Source: Tetramitus jugosus
Taxonomy: Eukaryota > Protista > Heterolobosea
NCBI GenBank assembly: GCA_937625935.1
Contig: OW569344.1
Location: 1-64,000, forward strand
DNA: 64,000 nt
Direction: 5' to 3'
Under the pieces are notes generated by a model. It saw only the letters and a program-made list of their open reading frames with translations. It was not told the DNA's origin and made no database searches. Below are positions 1-10,526 of this stretch, piece by piece. The translations under genes were made by a program, and so were the position numbers. The stretch's first letter is position 1. Every line of letters begins with the position of its first letter.

Positions 1-743
1 CCAAACCCAAACCCAAACCCAAACCCAAACCCAAACCCAAACCCAAACCCAAACCCAAACCCAAACCCAAACCCAAACCCAAACCCAAACCCAAACCCAA
101 ACCCAAACCCAAACCCAAACCCAAACCCAAACCCAAACCCAAACCCAAACCCAAACCCAAACCCAAACCCAAACCCAAACCCAAACCCAAACCCAAACCC
201 AAACCCAAACCCAAACCCAAACCCAAACCCAAACCCAAACCCAAACCCAAACCCAAACCCAAACCCAAACCCAAACCCAAACCCAAACCCAAACCCAAAC
301 CCAAACCCAAACCCAAACCCAAACCCAAACCCAAACCCAAACCCAAACCCAAACCCAAACCCAAACCCAAACCCAAACCCAAACCCAAACCCAAACCCAA
401 ACCCAAACCCAAACCCAAACCCAAACCCAAACCCAAACCCAAACCCAAACCCAAACCCAAACCCAAACCCAAACCCAAACCCAAACCCAAACCCAAACCC
501 AAACCCAAACCCAAACCCAAACCCAAACCCAAACCCAAACCCAAACCCAAACCCAAACCCAAACCCAAACCCAAACCCAAACCCAAACCCAAACCCAAAC
601 CCAAACCCAAACCCAAACCCAAACCCAAACCCAAACCCAAACCCAAACCCAAACCCAAACCCAAACCCAAACCCAAACCCAAACCCAAACCCAAACCCAA
701 ACCCAAACCCAAACCCAAACCCAAACCCAAACCCAAACCCAAA
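1..743. repeat. Telomeric array (CCCAAA)n / (TTTGGG)n, ~124 units
   Basis: Uninterrupted 6-bp repeat at the window start, C-rich strand on +, ending abruptly at ...cccaaa|tcaactt. Confidence 0.97.
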
Positions 744-909
744 TCAACTTTGTCTTCAAAAATCAAAATTTTCATCAAAATTCGAAACAAAACCAGTTTG
801 ATATCAAAATCCTCTCTATTAATCTGTAGTGGAAGTAAAATCACTCTTGCCATCACAAACTTTCATTTTCTACCTCCTTTCATCAAAACTGCCAGCTATC
901 GCTGTCAGC

Positions 910-1404
910 TCACTGCTCAGGGGCTTTACTAATGTAACACCAAACCCAAACCCTTAACCTGGTACTGGTTTCAGTCACAACTCCATTGGTGTCGAGTTTG
1001 TAGAGGGCTTTCTGTAACCATGCTAGGGTTTTTTTAGTTGCATCATCGGGACCCACTTGAGCACTTAGTCTTTCGCATTGTTCTTGAAGTGAGGAAATTT
1101 CTTGATTCTTCTTTAGGATTGTGTCTTTTGCTTCCTTCAACTTGTTTTGAAGTTGTGAGTTGTCCTGTTTTTCTTGATCCAGTTTTGTTTGGAGTATCTG
1201 CACAGGGTTTTCTACATCATCATGGATGTGGAGCCCTACCTCATCCCTTGTGATAATTACACAAGCTTTTATTGTACCGTTGGTGTGTGGAAGTACAGAC
1301 TCAAGTGATGGAGAAAGGATGAAAGGAAGAGTAGATGAATTGTCCAAGAATCTATTGGATGTTGTGTTAGCGTGTTGGTTGAAGAAACAACAATAGATGT
1401 ACAT
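910..1404 (-). CDS. Hypothetical coiled-coil protein, telomere-proximal (possibly truncated)
   Basis: 164-aa ATG ORF with heptad segment [23 protein letters not shown]...; A-rich leader before ATG; C-terminus (RLRVWVWCY) is read from a telomere-like repeat. Confidence 0.45.
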   Translation of the reverse strand: MYIYCCFFNQHANTTSNRFLDNSSTLPFILSPSLESVLPHTNGTIKACVIITRDEVGLHIHDDVENPVQILQTKLDQEKQDNSQLQNKLKEAKDTILKKNQEISSLQEQCERLSAQVGPDDATKKTLAWLQKALYKLDTNGVVTETSTRLRVWVWCYISKAPEQ

Positions 1405-1480
1405 ACAAGTTTTTATTTGTTGTTTGGTTTTGTTGAAAGATTTTGTTTACGGGTGTGTGAAAGCACTTTCTTTCGCTAAA

Positions 1481-1568
1481 CGTTCACGTTTCTCTTGTTT
1501 GACCTCATTTTGGTCACACGTTCACGTTTCTCATGTCTGACCACTTTTTGGCCACACGTTCACGTTTC
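1481..1568. repeat. 38-bp imperfect tandem repeat, ~2.3 copies
   Basis: cgttcacgtttc starts at 1481, 1519 and 1557; units cgttcacgtttctc(t/a)tgt(t/c)tgacc...ttttgg(t/c)caca. Confidence 0.9.
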
Positions 1569-2338
1569 ACTGTTTTGAGTTTCCCCTACAATTTTTCATA
1601 CGAACTGGTGTGTGAATAACGTGTGTGAAATGAAAGACAAAAACTCACATACCATTTCCACTTGTGCCACAGTCTCGACAAGGGTTTGATTCTGATGAGA
1701 GAACCGTTCGCTCGCAGTCAATGGAAGAAAGTTATTGAGTGTCAATCAAAAACATTTTGATGAATAAAAACATACCCAATGATCTTTTTGTTTGTTTTTC
1801 TTTTTAGTTTTGTCGAACCTTCACCCTTGATAGATCGACAACCTGTTAAAACTAGGTTAGGATCTGAACTCACAAATCATGAACAATGAACGAAATGAAT
1901 GGTTAAACATAGATCTAGAGGACAAATGACAAAGGATCCCCATCGAGAGATTGAGTTGTTGTTTGCTCCAGAGTCAAAAGGGCCATGGATTACGTGATAA
2001 CCCAAACACCAACCTTAACCCAAAAAACAATAAAAAATGACAGAAATAGCAGATTTAATGCTTCAAATGATTACAAGAGGTCCAAAATTCCAGTCTAAAA
2101 CCTGAAAAAACTGTTCTCTTATCATACAGTCCAGTGCTAATCTCATGGTTTGATGAAAAAATCTGTCATAAAAGTCTGTTGCAGTTTTAATCCTGTTGCA
2201 GAGAAAATCTGTCAATTACAGTAGAGATAGATCGTCTCTTCGAGACGATAATTCTCAAATACCGCCATACTGTTCCGTGCTGTCAGATGAAGCTGTCAGT
2301 ACTCTCAAAACACAAAAATAACAATCGGAATAATTTTA

Positions 2339-2394
2339 GGGTTGGGTATGGGTTTACCAAAACGCGGATGTAATACCAAACCCAAACCCAACCC
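2339..2394. repeat. Inverted repeat of telomere-like sequence (17-bp arms, 22-bp spacer)
   Basis: gggttgggtatgggttt (2339-2355) and aaacccaaacccaaccc (2378-2394) are 16/17 complementary. Confidence 0.9.
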
Positions 2395-5300
2395 ACTCAC
2401 AGAAGTAGTGGAGGATGAGAGTGACATGGCTATGGAAGAAGAGGAAGTAGACACAGTTGAGGAAGTACATGGAGACTCCGAACCAAGCGGAACAGCTTAC
2501 CAGCAATTGGTGGAAGCAATCGGTGACCCAGAAAGGGATAGTCCTATGGAAAGCCAGGTAGAGGTAGTTGTGGTGGACAGTGCAGTGGAGAGAGAGACAA
2601 GTGAACCTGTCTCCGAAGTAAACCGCGGGTCATTTGTCATCTGGTAGGATGGTTTTTGACCACTGATCAGACTGAAAATAGTGATACTCCAATCAAGGAA
2701 GGAGGCAAAAGAGGAGCTCACATCCCGCTTTCTGAGAGGAAAAGAAAGAAATCCATGTTGCTGTCATCAAACAGTGATGCACAATCGGCTAGTCGAGTTC
2801 AAAATGAAGAGCCAAACGAGACTGATTCCCAACCACCTAATCAATGTTGAACGTGGTATGGTACGACATTAATGGAATCAAGGGAAAGGCCTTGGATGTG
2901 GTGAGCTTGATGGAAACAGGAAATAGATGTGCTAATGGTACAAGAGGCAACAGATATCAATGAAGGGTGGTATCAAAAGCTAAATCGACAGCTGTCCCGT
3001 ATTAACTGTGTACTTTTGTGCGACGTACCCAACCAATATAACGCTGTCTCATGTGCCATGGATAGGTCTGCAGGTAGGATCGATCGCAACACAAAATCGC
3101 TGGTGGAGACGATGAAGGACAATAACCTTTTCGATGTGAACGAAAAGCTGGGTACGGAGAGGTTCCACACTTTCTACAAGAAGGGTTCCTCTTCACGCAT
3201 CGACACAGTATGGTGCAATAGAGCTGCCCTAGAAGGTATAGAAGCAGTGAAAATGTACACCCAAATGGTGTAGGCAGCGATCATGTTCCCACGATGTTGG
3301 TAGTGGAAACTGACAAACACACTCCAACTTTAGTGAGCGCAGGTCGTATCGATTTCCAAAAGATAGGAGTGATCCTAGGTGGGTGGACTATGCAAAAAAC
3401 GTTGTCAGTACGTTGAAGAGTGGGTGGATTCAGGACTCTAACGATGTGGATTCCCAATGTGAACTTATCACCAGCACCATTCTTGGGCATGCCCAGAAAT
3501 TCCGAGATGTAATAGCAACAAATACATGGAGGCAGAGTAGAAGAGAGAGAAGACTATTGAAACACAGATCTTTGTTGATGAAGTTCATGGCTCAACCCGT
3601 ATGGTGCTCCAAGCTGGACCGTATCTGTTCGTCCACCAAAAGTGAACCAAGAGTAGATAGAGTATTGAGTACTCTCAAGTACATCAATGATTCACTCCAC
3701 CAAGCAAGGGCGAAGAAGGTAACACAGAAGTACAGAAAGTGGGAGTGGATAGCAAGAACGTCTGAGTTAGCGACCCGTCGAGGTTTTTCTCTGCTGCATC
3801 TGCAAAGAAGAGTCGTAGAGTCCGGTTGACTAGGGTCACCAAAAACGGTATGCAATACACAGATCCTCATATAGTTGGTGAAGTAGCAGCTGACTATTAC
3901 GAAGAGGCATTCAGGAAGGATAAATCTAGCATGGGCTTCCTTGCACTGATGGATAGTCGAAGCGATAAACACAAACTGAGGACAGCTATCCAACCTTTCA
4001 AGACAGAGCAAGTCGCGGAAGCAATCAAATGGAACAGAAAATGCCACGGTGTTCATAACGAGATGGTCAAACTCCCGCGAACCAAGAAAAGAGACTTCAG
4101 GTGGGAATTGGCAGAGACTCTCTGCAACTTCTTCAACAACATCACTGCTACCGGCAAGTTCCCTAGAGCGTGGAAGGAGTGTGTGATCATCCCTGCCTAC
4201 AAGAAAGGGGATGTCACACGACCAGAGAACTATCGTCCTATTTGCCTTCTTAGTTCGTTGTCTAAGCTTTACACTAAGCTTTTGAATCAACGCATCTCGA
4301 AGGCGGCAGAGGAAGGAGGTGTGTTTACGAATGTTCAAGGGGGAGGACGAAAATTCCGAGATATCAGGGAGAAACTGTCCTTGATAAGGGGTGTCATTGA
4401 CTGTGTCAACCGTCATGACAAGCAATTGTACCTTTTGTTCACTATCACCCACTACCTACATACTGGTGCACCAAGTGGTTTTGTTGTATGTGAAAAGTCA
4501 AGTGAAAGGATTTGGTGCGATGACTCAGAGACTCTGGAATGCTGCGTATGTGGATGATTGTAATCTGTTCGCTGAATCCAGGGAGGACATTGAAATTGCC
4601 GCCAAAGCAATGTCCACCGCTTTGGGTTGGCTTCGAATGACTATGCATCCTGACAAGTTGGAACTTTACGTCAGAAAAGTGGACAATAAGTCATCGAACG
4701 ACATTACTGTGGATGGCACCAAGGTGGTGGGGAGAAACAACAGGCATGTGTTTCGTGCGCTGGGTCTGTATACGAATCTCAAGGGTGCAACCCAGAAACA
4801 GAGAGAGCAAGGTGGCAAAAGGCACAGAGGGTGGTTGTTAGGCTCAAAATAATGAGACTCACCGCCCAAGAAGATCCAGTTGAGTTGGATCTCAGTAACC
4901 CCGACTGCGAGTTAGATCGTTTCTTGTTCTCGTTGAGTAGGGGACTCTGTTAGCACGTGTCACCGTTGGTGACTGCTGGTAAAACAAGATCCCGGCCAGG
5001 TTGGCCAGTATCAAGTCAGGTGCTCTCCGTAGTAGGTCCTACCAACTGGCTAGGACTACGGAGGACGACATCAAGGCCATGCTCGGCACAACAAAGGTCA
5101 AGAATGTGCTGAAGAAGTAAAAAAATGTGTTAACTAAAGTCTGAAAAGTATGCCGAAGCTTTGCTTCGGAACGTTCAAGCCATGCCTATGGAGGTGGAAA
5201 CAAAGCACTTCCTTCCACGCCCACGTGATCCTGTCAAGGCTGTCAGAAAGAGGCTGACCAAGATGTACCAAGAACAACTGGCTGTGGTGGACGACCTGAG

Positions 5301-5673
5301 CCACCAAGTGTGTTAAAAGATATGGCTTCCGTCAACCGGATTCCCCCTCGGGTCCCCGTCTCCAAGGACATCGGACCGAATCTCCGAATTCGAACCTTCA
5401 ACTACGACCGATAACTGGGAGTCGATCATGCCAGAGTCCCACCCCGCAACTCCAACTACGGTCATCCAAGAGCCAACCAACAACATCATTGATGAGGATG
5501 CTCGTAACAGAATAATCCTCGAGCTAGTGTTCAGAAAGCCAAGAAAGAGATTACAGAGTCCCCAACTCAACGAACACAAGAATCGATCAACACGGGTCAT
5601 CGTTGATGACACTGCTGCCAACAATTCTGCAAAATACCTTCTGAATAAACTTACTACAAAGTTGAATCAGTAA
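2395..5673 (+). mobile_element. Degenerate, 5'-truncated non-LTR retrotransposon (LINE; ORF1 remnant plus APE-RT ORF2)
   Basis: ORF2 ATG at 2844 overlaps the ORF1 stop (ATGTTGA). APE motifs WYDINGI, LMVQE, HTFY..SRID and GSDHVP. RT motifs WKECVIIPAYKKGD..PENYRPICLLS, QGG, LSP, AYVDD and FRALG. Several frameshifts and stops; the DxxKAFD and QG motifs are deleted near 4440. Confidence 0.93.
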
Positions 5674-5699
5674 AGCATATTCACGCATTATATTCATCT

Positions 5700-6931
5700 T
5701 TCCTCTTTGACATTTGGCATAATTAGTATTTGATTTTGTTTGCTCCGCTATGCAATTGTTTTTCACAACAGACTCCTCATATCTTTTGTTTCTTTGTTCT
5801 CATATAACTCGAAGTATTCGTTGTGTCCCATTTGCTTGAGTTGTTTAGTTTTTTCGTTTTTCTGTGTTTTCGCGCGTTTATTGTTAGATAGATGCTGATC
5901 ATTAGTCCAAAGACTAAACGTTTACAGAGGAAGAATGACCTGTTGTATAAGCCCAAGATCGTCTCCTGCAGTTATATTACTGAGAAGAGTCATAACACTG
6001 TACTCTACACTATGGTGGGTTTGGGTTTTCAGTTTCGATCGTTTCTTGATTAATCTACACATTGACCCATGCAACAGAAATATTGGAAAGTTCGTTTTGT
6101 GCTTGCGTTGGAAACATTACGAATGGAAGTGGATTTGTGGAATCAATAAATCTATGACATCATTTCTCCATTCTCCCTGGGCATTGAACATCCTCTTCCT
6201 GTAATATTTGACATTAGTTGACGCAGGGATATTTGTTAAAAAGAAGCTTGTGGGATGTTGTCCTACAGGATGGCCTACTACATTCTCATTAAGCATGTTA
6301 ATGAACTTATAGTACTCCCTAAGCCTCCAACTCATGTTTGGTGTCAATGTAGACACTTTAATGTTTTGTAAGTGAATAAAATGTACCAATATACATTTAA
6401 CCGTGTCAATGAAGGACTGAGGCCTGGAACCATCAAATTCATTAAAACTATCCACCAACTGTAATCGGGTAAAGCGATGAATGTCAACGGGCATTGTAAA
6501 ATCGGAGTTATTTAAATACTCCGCACAAATTAATTTCCCCATCGGATATCGGAAAATATATGACGCCGGTTTTTTTGTCCATCGAACATCAAGAACTGTC
6601 GGCTCTTGTGGGAACAGTGTGAACTTCACACCAACATCAAAATTAGCGGACAGTGTTAGAGCAAACTGACGACAAATATCAAAAACGATTGTACTATCAG
6701 TCTCATCTATTTCCTCTTGAGCTTCTTCTGTGTTGTCGATATCAACGAGAAGACAGAGCAATACTCTGCTGTTGTAACTGTGCTCCTTCCCACTGTTCAT
6801 CGTGCACAAGCTGATAGTCATTCTCCCTCGTCTTGTCGATTTATTGTGGACTGTTGTTCCATATCTAGTGGCCACGCATGTTCATCCTCAATAAAAAAGT
6901 CTGAGATAAACTGATCCTGTTCATCTTCCAT
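5700..6931 (-). pseudogene. Degenerate, probably spliced gene divergent from the transposase (putative transposon accessory gene)
   Basis: ATG at 6931 (MEDEQDQFISDFFIED) frameshifts into the 252-aa ORF 6117-6875; possible donor gtaatg at 6121; coding-like remnants continue to ~5700. Confidence 0.4.
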
Positions 6932-6938
6932 TTTTTGT

Positions 6939-9272
6939 TTGTTTGGAAAGTTTCGATTACAATATTGGATAATCCAATCACATTACAACACTAACCGTCG
7001 ATACTACATCTTAAGAGAGATCGAACGTCACATGGCAATGGTGAACAACACTACCATTCGTGGAGTGGATTACACTTCAGCTCGAGAGTTGTTCAACGAC
7101 TTAGAATTTTTCTCTCCACCAGTGTACCTCATTCAGGTTTCTTCGCCTATCTCTACATCAAATAATACTGATACACAATCGCAAGAGACCCTCCATCATC
7201 AGTTCATTTGGGAAACTCTTCCAAAGACAATGGAGTTCGACTACAAACAATTCATTAACAATCATTATAGAAAGGGTATCAACGTATCCCTTGTGAATCC
7301 GTTTAAATCAATTATTCATCTGAGACAAAGCTACTTAGTTATGAAAAACGGGTGGTCCAGAAGGATGATTGATGAACAAGCAGACTTTCACAACCATTTA
7401 CATATGGGTAGAGAAGCTTCACTGCTGCATAGCAGACAGTTGCTCGATAACTTGAACTCGGTTGATGAGAGCATTGAGCTATGGGATGTGGATCCAGTGT
7501 TACCTCATCCATATGTGAGATTGGAGAAACAGCTTTCAATGTTCCTAGCCAATCCCTACAATTGTCCGCAATTGTTTCCCTTTCCTGATGACTCGAGATC
7601 GATATCACGTTATGATCAAACTAGAGAATTTCAAGAGTATTACAGTGATATCCCAGAGGATACTCTCTTACTTTGTTTGGAATGGTATATCGACGGTTTT
7701 TCGAGAGTATATGGCAAGAATGATTCAGCTGTTGGGTACTACTCTTCACTACTTAACACAGTATCCTCCTTCCGCAACAATTTTAACAATATTTGGTTAT
7801 GGACTTTAGCGGATAGCACAACATGTCATTTACAAGTTGCCGATCGTTTCTTGCAAGACTTAGCAACAGTATATGAACCGTTTGGAATGTTTAATGCTCA
7901 GTATGATTGTTGGTTGAACTACGCAGTTAGACTTTGCAACTGCAGTTTTGATACGCCCAAGAGAAATCTGAATTGTAGTGTGTACCAATTCCCTTCATAT
8001 CACAATTGTACAAAGTGCGAAGTACAAAAAGATCATTCCTACCTAACGATAGATGAGCTACGTGAAAAACAAGCAGTGATACAGATTTCACTCGAAAGAA
8101 AGATGGATTATGTGAATGATGAAGTTAGCTTCGAGTTCAGAGAGAACGCCCCTACAGGTAGTATATATGTAAGACGATCTGTTGAGAGAAGAATGTTTGT
8201 CAATGATATCCATGACGGAGACTCAAAAATTATTCATAAACAACATGGCTATAAGACCGAGTACAATCCTTACATTGCCCAAGGATATGATATTTTCGCC
8301 CTCAGCAGTATAGATCTAATGCATGTCCTTTACAGTACAAGTGGGCATGTATCCCAATTTATGAGGCACATCGTTAACTCTGCTAGTCCGTCTGTGATGG
8401 CCAAAGTTTCATCCCGAATGACTTCTTGCTTAGGGGAAAGATTTGATATGTCAGACATTGAAGATTGGGACTGTCAGAAGATGGAACGAGCAAGTCATAT
8501 TGCACCAGTTGCATTTGAAGGATTAATCGATATAGAGGATTATACGATCTTGAAAACTTTGTGTATGTTATCTTCTGTGCTTTCAAGATACTATGTGGAT
8601 ACCGCAACACTCGAAGATGCAAAAACATACAATTCAGATTACAAACACGCAATAATATCCAGGTTAGGAAAGGGGATAGCAAACGACAGTAATTTTCATG
8701 CCCTGGATGAGCTAATATATCAATTAGAAACAAAGGGTCCTGGGAAGCTCACGTGGACACAACGATATGAAAGATATCATAAACAGTTTAAAAAACTGTT
8801 TCGAATTAACAACAGTATTGAGTGGGTAATTAGGAGAACTCTGTTGTTCTCATACTTGTATCTTGTGCGCCTGAGATTCGACGCTTCATTTTCTGAGTCG
8901 GAGTGGGCAACATACCAACGAATTCACATGGTCGATGTTGGTGATGCATTAATACCAGTGTTGGTAGAAAATTCATCTACAACCAAGCTTTCAGTGGGAT
9001 CTAAAACAATCGGTCTTGGAGATATTTTCTGTTGTGGTCAAACATATGGTCGACTATTGCGGGTTGGAAAAAGTGAAATAAATAGGGAGGAACAAATATT
9101 TGAGTTTGAGTTTGAGCTCATGAGACTGATCAAAGACTGTGATAACTGCTTAGGGGGATGTCCAAGGTTACTAGATGATAGTTCTGTGTTCGTGGAGAAA
9201 CTGAGTGTCTGCAAGCCGGTTCATACCTTTCTATTAGAGGGAAATTTGTACCTGAATATTTACTGGCCTTGA
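6939..9272 (+). CDS. DDE transposase, CMC superfamily (EnSpm/CACTA-Plavaka-like); first ATG at 7032
   Basis: Motif order YIDGF...S.VGYY.SLLN....R....NI, then SFDTP, CTKC, DLMH, and NFHAL.EL..Q....GP....WT.RYER matches CMC/Plavaka transposases; ORF uninterrupted. Confidence 0.85.
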   Translation: MFGKFRLQYWIIQSHYNTNRRYYILREIERHMAMVNNTTIRGVDYTSARELFNDLEFFSPPVYLIQVSSPISTSNNTDTQSQETLHHQFIWETLPKTMEFDYKQFINNHYRKGINVSLVNPFKSIIHLRQSYLVMKNGWSRRMIDEQADFHNHLHMGREASLLHSRQLLDNLNSVDESIELWDVDPVLPHPYVRLEKQLSMFLANPYNCPQLFPFPDDSRSISRYDQTREFQEYYSDIPEDTLLLCLEWYIDGFSRVYGKNDSAVGYYSSLLNTVSSFRNNFNNIWLWTLADSTTCHLQVADRFLQDLATVYEPFGMFNAQYDCWLNYAVRLCNCSFDTPKRNLNCSVYQFPSYHNCTKCEVQKDHSYLTIDELREKQAVIQISLERKMDYVNDEVSFEFRENAPTGSIYVRRSVERRMFVNDIHDGDSKIIHKQHGYKTEYNPYIAQGYDIFALSSIDLMHVLYSTSGHVSQFMRHIVNSASPSVMAKVSSRMTSCLGERFDMSDIEDWDCQKMERASHIAPVAFEGLIDIEDYTILKTLCMLSSVLSRYYVDTATLEDAKTYNSDYKHAIISRLGKGIANDSNFHALDELIYQLETKGPGKLTWTQRYERYHKQFKKLFRINNSIEWVIRRTLLFSYLYLVRLRFDASFSESEWATYQRIHMVDVGDALIPVLVENSSTTKLSVGSKTIGLGDIFCCGQTYGRLLRVGKSEINREEQIFEFEFELMRLIKDCDNCLGGCPRLLDDSSVFVEKLSVCKPVHTFLLEGNLYLNIYWP

Positions 9273-9379
9273 TAAAATGTTATTGAAGCTTCAGATTGTA
9301 ATCTACGTACCTCAAGTCAACTAAAACTGTCGTCCACTCCACCAACTCTCGAAAAACTTTTTTGAACAAATCACACAAC

Positions 9380-10526
9380 ATGTCTTCATCTGAAAATACT
9401 AAACCTGCAACTCGTCTAATTACTACAACTCGAAGATTATCGAAGGCTCCACCATCCAAAGAGTACAATGATATAACGAGAACAAGTCCAAGTGTGGATA
9501 AAGAGGCAGCCTCCAAGCGCCCAAGGGACTCTGATGAATCTTCTGAAGAAGAAACTGAGGAGGTTGCACGTAAGTCATCACTATTAGATCCTTTATGGTA
9601 TCATTCTAACACTTTGTCCTTAATCTAGCGAAGAAGCAGAAATTGGTTGTTTCTAAACAGAGCGTGTTGTCTAAGAAGAAAAAGGGAAAGAAAGAACTTG
9701 ACTCACTGGACCAAAATTCAGACAATGATCGTAACAGTATGTGTTACTATCCTCACACTTCCAGTATACTTGACTAACAGTTCTTATAGTCTAATGACAG
9801 GTTGAAGAATCAAATTCAGAATACTTTGTCAGATTTCTCTTTGAAGACAGCTATTTTGACCAAATTGATTGATAATCAATATGAAGATGAGGTAAGCGAT
9901 ATGAAACTTGAGAAACTTGCTACTAAAGAAAGAAATTCTTTAAAAAGAGGGGTCAATCCAAGTACAGCGTGGGCAATTGTTGTTACTAAGTTGATCAATC
10001 ACTGGTTGAGCGTCAAAGAGGAGAAATCCCTCCCTTGGCAAATATTGCAAGTGATATGTGGAGTAGTTCATAGCAAATTCTATGATGTCTATAGGAAGCA
10101 ACTAAAAAGGGGGGATTTTTGTGATGTTCCTATTCCCCAGCATTCTCAAAATTTGACCGAATGTTCTGGCGTTAATGACACGATCCATGATTCCGAGAAA
10201 AGATTTTCCTGGATGCTTCTTGGAGGTGATCATGAAAAAGAGATGGAAGAGACTTCAAAGCTCATGAAATATATTGCCGAAATGAATGAGAATGATGTCG
10301 TAAGATCCTTTTTGCCTTTGTTGTGTCCTTGATAATGACTAATGTTTCGAAGGAGATTGTTAATTTTTCTTTAGCAGGAACAGGTAGTATCTATGTGAAT
10401 ACGGACAACAGAGAGGTTCTTAAGAAACAGGATCAGAATCAACAAGATATGGAGAACGCTTTTAATGCACTGGCAAATGAAGAACAAACATTAGCAACTG
10501 TTTTTCACAAGAACGATGAGAATTGA
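9380..10526 (+). CDS. Intron-containing hypothetical gene after the transposase (putative accessory ORF; one frame discontinuity)
   Basis: Candidate introns 9570-9628 (gtaagt..ctaac..tag), 9737-9789 and 10300-10352; basic NLS-like N-terminus. Intron 2 phases do not join cleanly, so it may be degenerate. Confidence 0.5.

Noticed and set aside
1481-1568. CRISPR-like array
   Set aside because: Contiguous similar units without unique spacers, eukaryotic context, no cas genes.
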